Below, piece by piece: positions 55,640 to 63,588 of a stretch of 64,000 nt of DNA. The stretch's first letter is position 1, and each line of letters begins with the position of its first letter. Made by a program: the position numbers and the translations under genes. This DNA comes from an uncultured Christensenella sp. (lineage in GTDB: Bacteria > Bacillota > Clostridia > Christensenellales > UBA1242): NCBI GenBank assembly GCA_964579205.1, contig CAZOFH010000002.1:21108-85107 (forward strand), in the 5' to 3' direction. The notes beneath the pieces are model-generated. The model did not search any database. It had not been told where the DNA came from and saw only the letters and a program-made list of their open reading frames with translations.

Positions 55640-55695
55640 TCATCCAGAGCAATCGTAAGGTTGCGTGGGAGCTGTGAGGCACGTAGTTCCGAACC
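55640..55695 (+). repeat. intergenic repeat, copy E (degenerate)
   Basis: TCATCCAGAG-[CAATC GTAA GGTTG]-CGTGGGAGCTGTGAG-N12-GAACC. Confidence 0.7.
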
Positions 55696-55869
55696 AAAAA
55701 ACGCAACAACTCGCATACTGCTCCAAAAGAATAGCCCCGTCCGAGCCTCCTAGACTATTTTTTTACCCCCAAAAAACTACCGAAAACCTTGTGGATAACT
55801 TTTTACATAAAAATTATCCAAAAACCTCTAAAAGAGTCGAAAATTGTGGAAAAATATGGTCAAAAACAC

Positions 55870-55900
55870 TTGACATTTTCGTCGGGGGGGGGGGTATACT
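55870..55900 (+). promoter_or_regulatory. sigma-A-like promoter TTGACA-19-TATACT with G11 tract in the spacer
   Basis: TTGACA 55870-55875, TATACT 55895-55900. Homopolymer G11 at 55884-55894. Lies 48 nt upstream of ATG 55948. Confidence 0.6.
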
Positions 55901-55947
55901 TGTTTGGAAAATATTGTTGTAAAATTCTCGTGGTGGTAGGGTAAAAT

Positions 55948-57474
55948 ATGATAAAACACATTATTGTACAGGCAGGCGGTCAGGGCTCCCGTCTCAAAAA
56001 ATTGACACGAAACAAGCCCAAAGCGCTGGTGTCAATCGACAATTTGCCTATTATTTTTCACCTGTTTAGGCAGTTCCCTGATGCGCACTTTGTGATAATA
56101 GGTGATTACAAGTGTGATGTGTTGCGCAAGTATCTCGACGCGTTTGCCGAGGTGGATTATGAGATAGTCGAGGCAAAGGACGGATGCAAAGGGACTTGTT
56201 CAGGGCTCAGCGATAGCCTAAAAATTATCCCTGCCGCTACGCCTTTTATGCTGATTTGGTGTGATTTGATTTTGGATAAAAATCTAGATTTCGCCTCTCT
56301 CGATTTGACCCGCAATTACTTGGGCTTGTCACAGGATTTTGAATGTCGCTGGATGTATCGAGAAGGGGTATTTAGTCAATATCCGTCTCGTGAGTACGGG
56401 GTGGCAGGGATGTTTTTGTTTCACGACAAAAATATTCTCAGCGCAGTGCCTAGCAGTGGCGAATTTGTGCAGTGGCTCAGTACGCAGAATATCGATTTTG
56501 AGACTATGGGCATACACGGGGCACAGGAGTACGGGCTATATGACTTTGTCAACTCGCTGGACAAGCCAAAGTGCCGCCCTTTCAATCAGATGATTTTTGA
56601 CGGCGACAAAGTGACCAAGGTTGGTATCGATGACCAAGGTCGGTCGCTGGCGAGACGGGAGCGGAATTGGTACAGTGTGGTGCAGTCGCTTGAGTTTGAG
56701 TCGCTCCCCAAGATTTATAGCCTCGAGCCACTCATCATGGAGCGGATAGATGGCAAGCCTATTTATGAATACGGCACACTCTCGACCGAGCAGAAAAAGG
56801 ACATTTTACGCAAAATTGTAGCCTGCCTAGACAGGTTGCACGGCATCGCGTCCGTGCCTGCTGATCGTGAGAGTTGCGAGTCAAACTATATCCAAAAGAC
56901 TCTCGACCGCCTGCAAAAAGTGCGTAAAATGATACCTTTCGCTGACCGTGAATATATCACTATCAATGGCAAGTCGTGCAAAAACTTCTTTTTCTGTATT
57001 GACGAGGTCGCAGAGGCTATGCGTCAGTACTATCCGAGCGAATTTCACTTTATCCACGGCGACAGCACATTTTCTAATATATTATTAAATAAGGATAATA
57101 CCCCTATTTTGATTGACCCGAGGGGGTATTTTGGTAGTACCGAATTGTACGGCGATGTAGCATATGATTGGGCGAAAGTCTACTACTCACTGGCGACGAA
57201 TTATGACGCGTTTAATCTCAAAAATTTTGACTTGCAGATTAATGCTGATGATGTCGAGCTGACCATTCCTGAGAACGGGTGGGGCGAGTTGCGTGAGTTT
57301 TACCTCGATTTGATAAAGGACGACTGTACGGTCGAGCAAATCAATCTGATTTTGGCGCTGATTTGGCTGTCGCTCACCACTTACGCGTGGGATGATTATG
57401 ATTCGATTTGTGGCGCCTTTTATGAGGGGCTGCTGGTGCTCAATGAGTGCGAATTTATGAGGGAGAAAAATTAA
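55948..57474 (+). CDS. bifunctional sugar-phosphate nucleotidyltransferase (N-terminal) / APH-ChoK-fold sugar kinase (C-terminal)
   Basis: N-terminal VQAGGQGSRLKKLTRNKPKALV (NTP-transferase signature). C-terminal FIHGDSTFSNILL...ILIDPRGYFG...YGDVAYDWAK (Brenner/APH motifs). Confidence 0.8.
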   Translation: MIKHIIVQAGGQGSRLKKLTRNKPKALVSIDNLPIIFHLFRQFPDAHFVIIGDYKCDVLRKYLDAFAEVDYEIVEAKDGCKGTCSGLSDSLKIIPAATPFMLIWCDLILDKNLDFASLDLTRNYLGLSQDFECRWMYREGVFSQYPSREYGVAGMFLFHDKNILSAVPSSGEFVQWLSTQNIDFETMGIHGAQEYGLYDFVNSLDKPKCRPFNQMIFDGDKVTKVGIDDQGRSLARRERNWYSVVQSLEFESLPKIYSLEPLIMERIDGKPIYEYGTLSTEQKKDILRKIVACLDRLHGIASVPADRESCESNYIQKTLDRLQKVRKMIPFADREYITINGKSCKNFFFCIDEVAEAMRQYYPSEFHFIHGDSTFSNILLNKDNTPILIDPRGYFGSTELYGDVAYDWAKVYYSLATNYDAFNLKNFDLQINADDVELTIPENGWGELREFYLDLIKDDCTVEQINLILALIWLSLTTYAWDDYDSICGAFYEGLLVLNECEFMREKN

Positions 57475-57475
57475 T

Positions 57476-58066
57476 ATGGTAGAATACTTTGAGAAAAATA
57501 TGTCCGTGCTAAACGACTCTATTGGGTCGCTGAGTGACGAATTGTGGGAAACTGTGGTCGCCGAGTGCGTGCGTACTATCAAAAACGGTGGCAAAGTCAT
57601 CGCTAGCGGCTTGGGCAAAAATGTCCCAATTTGCGAAAAGTTCGTCGGCACGCTAAACTCTTTTGGCATCCCTGCGGCTTTTTTGCACTCAAACACCGCT
57701 ATTCACGGCGATTTGGGTGTGGTAGGGGACAAGGATTTTGTCTTTGTGCTCTCAAAAAGTGGTAATACCCAAGAGTCAGTGCTTTTGACTGCGTTGCTAC
57801 TTGATTACGGAGTGAATACTTGGCTACTCAGTTGCAACGGGGTTTCGAGACTTACCGATATGCTAAAAAAGAAAGTTATCCTAAAACTTGCCCACGAGGG
57901 CGACTTGTGGGATATCGCTCCAAACAACTCTACGACAGTGTTTTTGATATTCTTGCAAGGTCTCGCTGTGCGTCTGTGCCAAGAGTTGGGCGTCACTTTG
58001 CAACAATTCCAGCGTAATCACCCAGGTGGTAGTATTGGCGAAAAATTGCGTGGCAAAAAAGCGTAG
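57476..58066 (+). CDS. SIS-domain sugar-phosphate isomerase (KdsD/GutQ-like core, no CBS pair)
   Basis: GGKVIASGLGKNVPICEKFVGTLNSFGIPAAFLHSNTAIHGDLGVV...VLSKSGNTQES. ATG lies 1 nt after the upstream stop. Confidence 0.8.
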   Translation: MVEYFEKNMSVLNDSIGSLSDELWETVVAECVRTIKNGGKVIASGLGKNVPICEKFVGTLNSFGIPAAFLHSNTAIHGDLGVVGDKDFVFVLSKSGNTQESVLLTALLLDYGVNTWLLSCNGVSRLTDMLKKKVILKLAHEGDLWDIAPNNSTTVFLIFLQGLAVRLCQELGVTLQQFQRNHPGGSIGEKLRGKKA

Positions 58067-58100
58067 GTGCATAGTGGCGAATATTACTTTATCATCAGAT

Positions 58101-58469
58101 ATGCAAAAAACGTGGATTTTTGACCTTGACGGCACTTTGGTCGAACACAACGGCTACCTAAAATATGGCGAGGATGTGCTGCTGGACGGGGTAAAGGAGT
58201 TTTTTGACACTATTCCTGAGGGCGATATGATAGTTATTCTCAGTGCCCGTTCCTCGGCGTACGGCGCTCAAACTGTTGAGTTTTTGCGCAAAAATGGTAT
58301 CAGATACAATCTTATTATTTTTGACGCGCCCAAAGGGGAGCGGATTTTGGTGAACGACAAAAAGCCTGACGGGCTAAAATGTGCTTATGCAATCAATGTC
58401 GATAGGAACGATTTTGGTAATGTGTGGAGCGAGTTGGGCGATAAAAGAGGGGAGAGCGAGAACAAATGA
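58101..58469 (+). CDS. HAD-superfamily phosphatase
   Basis: Motif I WIFDLDGTLV, small cap, motif III-like VNDKKPDG. Start uncertain (ATG 58101 or GTG 58073; ORF-track 58026 overlaps the SIS gene). Confidence 0.7.
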   Translation: MQKTWIFDLDGTLVEHNGYLKYGEDVLLDGVKEFFDTIPEGDMIVILSARSSAYGAQTVEFLRKNGIRYNLIIFDAPKGERILVNDKKPDGLKCAYAINVDRNDFGNVWSELGDKRGESENK

Positions 58470-59404
58470 GTTTTTGGAGAAAAGTCAAGCACGGTCTATT
58501 CATCGGCGCCAGTTTCGCTGGTGCTTTTTTGTCGTTTCCGTTGCTTTTACGCAGACTTCGTAAGCAAAAAAGGGACGATGAGGTGATTATCGCGCTGTTT
58601 CCTCATTTCGGCGATGTGGTTTATGGGATGCTGTACGCCGAGCAATATCACAAGGAAACAGGCACAAAAGTCAGCGTCTATTGTGGTGACAATGTCGCTC
58701 ATATGATGAAAAAGTATCCCTTTGTCGATAGGGTCATCACATATCGCAAAAACTCGCTCGAGCAATTTAGAGTGATTTTGTTTTCGCCTTTGCGCTATGC
58801 TACTATAAAAAAGGAAAATTACGACGGCATTATCGCCACCGTCCCACCCAAGCACCATTTTAGGGGACGTGCGGTCGTCGAGGTTTACCGTGACTTAATT
58901 TATAAGGTGCAGGAGGACAAAATGGCTCTCTTTATCCCCGATACCGTGCCGATTACTTCGATACCTGATTTTGAGAGTAAAAAAGATAGGATAATCGTCA
59001 TCAATCCGTACTCGTTTTCGCACGGCTACAATAGGGAGTTGTTTGAGAAATTGGTAGTTGCCTTGCGAGGTAAAGGCTACATAGTCTATACCAACGCTGT
59101 GGCAAAATTCGGTCAACAGCCTATCAAGGGTTCTCTGCCTCTCGACTGTTCTGTCGAGGAATTGTATGCCATTGTCAACAAAATCCCGCTGTTTATTTCG
59201 GTGCGTTCGGGGATTTTGGATGTAATGGTGAGCGGACAAGGCAATCTCTTTGCCCTCCACTTCAAACGTAATCATTGGATGCGCACTTATTTCCCGTTGC
59301 GTGATTTGCGTCCTAATAATGTTTATGACGCTGTTTGGTTCAAAAAAGCCGACACCCCGCGCGTCATTCATAGAATAGAAACCGTGTTGCAAGAAATAAA
59401 ATAA
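58466..59404 (+). CDS. putative glycosyltransferase, GT9 (heptosyltransferase)-like, with N-terminal anchor
   Basis: ATGA start/stop overlap with the HAD gene. Layout VIIALFPHFGDVVYGMLYAEQY...VDRVITY and IIVINPYSFS...LFEKLVVALRGKGYIVYTN...FISVRSGILDV resembles the GT9 two-Rossmann pattern. This is a by-eye assignment only. Confidence 0.5.
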   Translation: MSFWRKVKHGLFIGASFAGAFLSFPLLLRRLRKQKRDDEVIIALFPHFGDVVYGMLYAEQYHKETGTKVSVYCGDNVAHMMKKYPFVDRVITYRKNSLEQFRVILFSPLRYATIKKENYDGIIATVPPKHHFRGRAVVEVYRDLIYKVQEDKMALFIPDTVPITSIPDFESKKDRIIVINPYSFSHGYNRELFEKLVVALRGKGYIVYTNAVAKFGQQPIKGSLPLDCSVEELYAIVNKIPLFISVRSGILDVMVSGQGNLFALHFKRNHWMRTYFPLRDLRPNNVYDAVWFKKADTPRVIHRIETVLQEIK

Positions 59405-59514
59405 AAGATAAAATCCGTCATTACGAACTCACTTTCATTGTTGGTTGTTTGTATGACGTTTTTTTGTTACATATTATTTTTATACGGCGATATTATTGCG
59501 TTTTATAATAAAAG

Positions 59515-59543
59515 TTGACTAATTCGGGAAATTGTGATACAAT
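59515..59543 (+). promoter_or_regulatory. sigma-A promoter (TTGACT-17-TGaTACAAT) of helD-nrdR
   Basis: TTGACT 59515-59520, TACAAT 59538-59543 with TG. The ORF-track GTG 59534 lies inside this promoter. Confidence 0.65.
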
Positions 59544-59569
59544 TAAATACTAAAATTCGGGGGTGTGCG

Positions 59570-61606
59570 ATGATTGACAAGCAAAGCAAAGAATGGTCAA
59601 AAGAGGTGGATTATCTTGCGAAAACGGGGCAGGTAATCGCCCAAAAAATTGACAAATTAAATTTTGACATCGGCAAATCCAAAGACACGGTTGAGGATTT
59701 GCGCAAGTATTACATCGACGGGACGCAGGTTTTCGGTGATTTTGACGATGCGGAAAAAGTTACTGTCAATCAGGTCATCAACGAAAATATCGACCTCGCC
59801 AACAATAACATTGACAAACTCAATGCCTTGGTGCGCAATAGCCCTAGGCCTTATTTTGGACGCGTGGATTTTGTCTCTGACGGTGAGACGACCGAGGCGT
59901 ATATTGGCTTGACGGGGATTGAGGACGGCGAAAAATTTTATGTCATCGACTGGCGTGCACCCGTGGCTGAGTTGTTTTACGAGGCGGGCAAGGGCAAGGC
60001 GAGTATCGCTATCCCAGACGGCAAGTTGAATTGCGAAGTCACCCAAAAGCGCCAATACGACATCCAAAACGGCGAATTGCTCGATGTTTTTGAGGTAGAT
60101 GCCGATATGTTTGACGAATATTTGCAAAAAGTTTTGTCCAAGGTCAACTCGGGCGAATTGCACAACATTGCAGGCACGATCCAGCGCGAGCAGAACGAAA
60201 TCATTCGCAACCTGCACGATGACCTAATCGTGGTGCAAGGGTATTCAGGCAGTGGCAAGACGACGGTGGCACTCCACCGTATCGCTTATGCGCTGTACCG
60301 TCTCCGCGACCTCAAATCAGCGAATATCCTGCTTTTCACCCTCAACGAGGCTTTTATGTCACATATCAATGGCGTTTTGCCTGAGTTGGGCGAACAGAAC
60401 GCAAGGAATGCAACTCTTACCAAATTCGCTGGTCGCTTGCTCAAAATTACCCGTGAATTTGAGGAAAATGACGAGTTTTTGACCCGTTATATTGTGAGTA
60501 GCGAGGCAGAAAAAGAGCAGATTCGGGCGAAATTGAGTATGGATATAAAGCCTGTCGTGCGTGAGTTCGCTGCCACTTTTACCGCTTCCCGTGTGGCAAA
60601 GAGCGGTTTTAAGATAGAGAACAAAGGCTTTACCGCCGATGTATTGAATGGCTTGATGCAGAAACTCGATGACGGCGGGATTTTCGCAAAACTCAACGAA
60701 ATCACCGCTATCATCGTACGCAAACTCAAATTGGACAAGTTCGCCGCCGCAAAGCGCATCATCAGAGCCAAAGTCTATGAGTGTTTTAACACTCCAATGA
60801 CTATCGAGGGGCTGTATGACGAATTTTTGCAATTCGCAGGCTTTGGTGCTGTCGACCGCACGCAAAAGGTCGCTACCGAAGACGCGATTTTGATGTGCCT
60901 GCTCAAAGAGGCGACTAGCGAAATGAATGTCAAAATGGATATCCGTCATATTGTCATTGACGAGGCTCAGGAGTATCCGCTACTTTTTGTCGACCTGCTG
61001 CTGAGGCTTTTCCCTCGTGCACAATTTAGCATTTTCGGTGACAAATATCAACGCACCAATCCGACAGGTATCGCAGATTTGCAGGAGATTATCGACCTAA
61101 ATGCGACTTTTGGCACGAGCAAACTCTACACGCTAGACAATACTTACCGCAGTAGTGAGGAGATTGTCGACTATTGCTCAAAAATCATCGGCAACCCTCG
61201 TCACAATGTTTTTAGATATTCAAATGGCGAGCCTGTCGAAGTGATACAAATGGCGGACGGGGATTTGACTGTCGCTAGCCAAGTCGCTACAATTCTCGAG
61301 AATTTGATAGCAGAAAAGGGCTCAATAGGGGTGATTACGGGGGATATCGATTCGGCGAAAAAATTGTACCGCAATCTGCAACCAATTTGCGGTAATAGGC
61401 TTAGTTTGGTGGAAAATGCTCAGAGTAGCGCCGTCGAGGATATCCAGATTGTGCCAGTCGGGCAGTGCAAGGGGCTAGAGTATAATACCGTCATCGTGTT
61501 GCAAAATGGCGGACTTTTCGATAGTTTCTTGGGCAAAAATCTCCAATATATCGCTGGTACCCGTGCTATAAATAAGCTGTATGTTTTCAAAAAGGATGTG
61601 GATTAG
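59570..61606 (+). CDS. helD: UvrD-like helicase, HelD (helicase IV / RNAP-recycling) type
   Basis: Walker A QGYSGSGKTTVALHRIAY, motif II VIDEAQEY, TYRSSEEI, KGLEYNTVIV. About 230-aa N-terminal extension. Confidence 0.85.
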   Translation: MIDKQSKEWSKEVDYLAKTGQVIAQKIDKLNFDIGKSKDTVEDLRKYYIDGTQVFGDFDDAEKVTVNQVINENIDLANNNIDKLNALVRNSPRPYFGRVDFVSDGETTEAYIGLTGIEDGEKFYVIDWRAPVAELFYEAGKGKASIAIPDGKLNCEVTQKRQYDIQNGELLDVFEVDADMFDEYLQKVLSKVNSGELHNIAGTIQREQNEIIRNLHDDLIVVQGYSGSGKTTVALHRIAYALYRLRDLKSANILLFTLNEAFMSHINGVLPELGEQNARNATLTKFAGRLLKITREFEENDEFLTRYIVSSEAEKEQIRAKLSMDIKPVVREFAATFTASRVAKSGFKIENKGFTADVLNGLMQKLDDGGIFAKLNEITAIIVRKLKLDKFAAAKRIIRAKVYECFNTPMTIEGLYDEFLQFAGFGAVDRTQKVATEDAILMCLLKEATSEMNVKMDIRHIVIDEAQEYPLLFVDLLLRLFPRAQFSIFGDKYQRTNPTGIADLQEIIDLNATFGTSKLYTLDNTYRSSEEIVDYCSKIIGNPRHNVFRYSNGEPVEVIQMADGDLTVASQVATILENLIAEKGSIGVITGDIDSAKKLYRNLQPICGNRLSLVENAQSSAVEDIQIVPVGQCKGLEYNTVIVLQNGGLFDSFLGKNLQYIAGTRAINKLYVFKKDVD

Positions 61607-62077
61607 ATGAAGTGTAAATTTTGCGATAGCCTCAATAGCAAAGTCATCGACAGTCGCCTCAACGAAGACGGTACTAGCATTCGTCGCCGCCGCGAATGTA
61701 CCAAATGTGGCAAGCGATTTACCACTTTTGAGGAGTACGAGACTATCCCGACGCTTGTCATCAAGTCGGACGGCTCTCGCCAGCCATTCGATAGGGAAAA
61801 AATAAAGCGCGGCATCATCAAAGCGTGCGAAAAACGACCCGTCACTATCGTCCAAATCGAGCAGGTAGTGGACAATATCGAGCGAGAAGTCTACAATACT
61901 TTGGCTCAAGAAATCAACTCAAAAGCAATCGGCGAATTGGTGATGAAGAGTATCAAGCAACTCGACCAAATCGCGTATATCCGCTTCGCTTCCGTATACC
62001 GCCAGTTCACCGATGTCAGCAATTTTATCGAGTTGCTCGACGACTTTAAAAATGAAATCAAAAAAGAAAATCTCTAG
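61607..62077 (+). CDS. nrdR: transcriptional repressor NrdR
   Basis: MKCKFCDS...RRRECTKCGKRFTTFE zinc ribbon plus ATP-cone. ATG immediately follows the helD stop. Confidence 0.95.
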   Translation: MKCKFCDSLNSKVIDSRLNEDGTSIRRRRECTKCGKRFTTFEEYETIPTLVIKSDGSRQPFDREKIKRGIIKACEKRPVTIVQIEQVVDNIEREVYNTLAQEINSKAIGELVMKSIKQLDQIAYIRFASVYRQFTDVSNFIELLDDFKNEIKKENL

Positions 62078-62125
62078 TCGACTTTTTGGGTCGGCAGGGA
62101 ATGAAACGGCAAATAAAGTAAAATC

Positions 62126-62150
62126 AAAAAGACCTTGCTAGGTCTTTTCC
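62126..62150 (+). terminator. intrinsic terminator after nrdR
   Basis: AAGACC-TTGCTA-GGTCTT followed by TTCCTTTC. Confidence 0.55.
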
Positions 62151-62156
62151 TTTCTG

Positions 62157-62207
62157 TCATTCAGAGACGGACGCTGTCCGCCGTGGAATCCGTGAGCGGA
62201 GCGAACC
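62157..62207 (+). repeat. intergenic repeat, copy C
   Basis: TCATTCAGAG-A[CGGAC GCT GTCCG]C-CGTGGAATCCGTGAG-N6-GAACC. Confidence 0.85.
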
Positions 62208-62271
62208 CCAAACCGCAAAAGCTCGCACATAGCAAAAAGAGGCAGGGAATGCCTTTATTGTTTTAATTTTG

Positions 62272-62327
62272 GGTTCAGAACTTGCATTCTTCACAGATTC
62301 CACGCAACCTGTGGTTGCTCTGAATGA
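62272..62327 (-). repeat. intergenic repeat, copy D (inverted)
   Basis: Minus strand: TCATTCAGAG-[CAACC ACA GGTTG]-CGTGGAATCTGTGAA-N13-GAACC. Confidence 0.85.
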
Positions 62328-62427
62328 TAAGAGGAAGAAATTTGCCTTAATATGGTGTGGGCGCAGTAGCACACACAACGGCAAAAGGTGGGTGGGGTAG
62401 CCACTCTCAAAAAAAAGAAAAGTACGG

Positions 62428-62904
62428 TTAGTCCTCGATAAGTTTGCGATGCTCGATGATTGGCTCGCCGTCGGTAGGCAAGGTGATGACTGCGTAAGTG
62501 GCGGTCATTCGGTCGTGGATAGAACCAGGGCAGACAATTTTTACCCCATTTTGCTCAAAATAGGCAGGCTCGTCATCACAACCAACCAGCAGAATAGTAG
62601 CGCCTTGACCCAAGGCAAAGTCAGTCAGTTTCTGCTTGTTTTTGAGCGACATTCCGTCACCGTGCGCTAGCAAAAAGACCTCTTTGGCATAGTTGATTTT
62701 GCTGGCAGTCGGCAAGCGTTTGCCAAATTCACCACCACTGCGGACGGCAAAAATTCTACCGCCAAAATTGAGTTCGCTTAGGTCACGGATACCTCCCCCC
62801 AAGTGAAAAATTATGTCGGGCTTTTCCTTGTCAAGAGCAGTGAGGATGGGACCCGTATTACCCAAAGAATTACTAATAACCAAAATTTTTATACTTTTTT
62901 CCAT
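62428..62904 (-). CDS. YfcE/MJ0936-like metallophosphoesterase-fold protein with all metal-ligand motifs substituted
   Basis: Collinear with the calcineurin-like phosphoesterase motifs but ISNSLGN (for DxH), HLGGG (GD), VRSGGE (GNxD), LAHGDG (H), VGCDDEP (GHTH) and CPGS (NPGS). Confidence 0.7.
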   Translation of the reverse strand: MEKSIKILVISNSLGNTGPILTALDKEKPDIIFHLGGGIRDLSELNFGGRIFAVRSGGEFGKRLPTASKINYAKEVFLLAHGDGMSLKNKQKLTDFALGQGATILLVGCDDEPAYFEQNGVKIVCPGSIHDRMTATYAVITLPTDGEPIIEHRKLIED

Positions 62905-63253
62905 AACATAATTATAATATATTCAGTCGCCAAAAAGCAACTAATTTCGCGCAAAAATCAAAAAGCAAGTTTTTTGTACCGATGCAGCGGGTAAAAATTC
63001 CGTTTCGGTGGGCGTTTTGGCGTAGAATTCAGCCGATTTTATCCTAAAATTTACACAATTTCCCACATTTTGATGCATTAAATGCCAATCTTTGGGCAAA
63101 ATTAGATTAAATACAGTATGAACCGCAAAGTTTTTTGGATAATGTGACCTATTTTGTTTGACATTTGGGATTTTTATATTGTATTATTTTATTAGGCTTA
63201 ATTGTGGCGATACTGCAATTAGCTAAATACGAAAAAGGATGGTACACGACTTG

Positions 63254-63529
63254 ATGAAAATTACCGACATTCGCATTCGTATCGTCAAGAAAGATGACAA
63301 CAAATTGAAAGCAGTTGCTTCTCTAACTATTGACGATTGTTTCGCAGTCCACGACATCAAAGTCATCGACGGCAATCAGGGTTTGTTTATCGCAATGCCT
63401 AGCCGCAAGACTCCAGAGGGAACTTACAAGGACATTGTTCACCCTCTCAACACCGAGACAAGGGAGAGTATCAAAGAACTCATTCTTGCTGAGTACGAAA
63501 AGGCATTGGCAGAAGCACCTGCTGAGTAA
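63254..63529 (+). CDS. spoVG: septation/regulatory protein SpoVG
   Basis: [66 protein letters not shown]. Start ATG 63254 preferred over 63239. Confidence 0.93.
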   Translation: MKITDIRIRIVKKDDNKLKAVASLTIDDCFAVHDIKVIDGNQGLFIAMPSRKTPEGTYKDIVHPLNTETRESIKELILAEYEKALAEAPAE

Positions 63530-63553
63530 TTAGCAGCAGAAATGCCAAAAGGG

Positions 63554-63588
63554 TAAGGGCGCGATTTTTTCGTGTCCCTTATTTTTTT
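63554..63588 (+). terminator. probable terminator after spoVG
   Basis: TAAGGG/CCCTTA stem, 16-nt loop, TTTTTTT. Confidence 0.45.

Noticed and set aside
53629-62327. CRISPR array interpretation of the recurring about 50-nt elements
   Set aside because: Copies are kilobases apart and in both orientations, with no regular repeat-spacer periodicity. No cas genes are present in the window.
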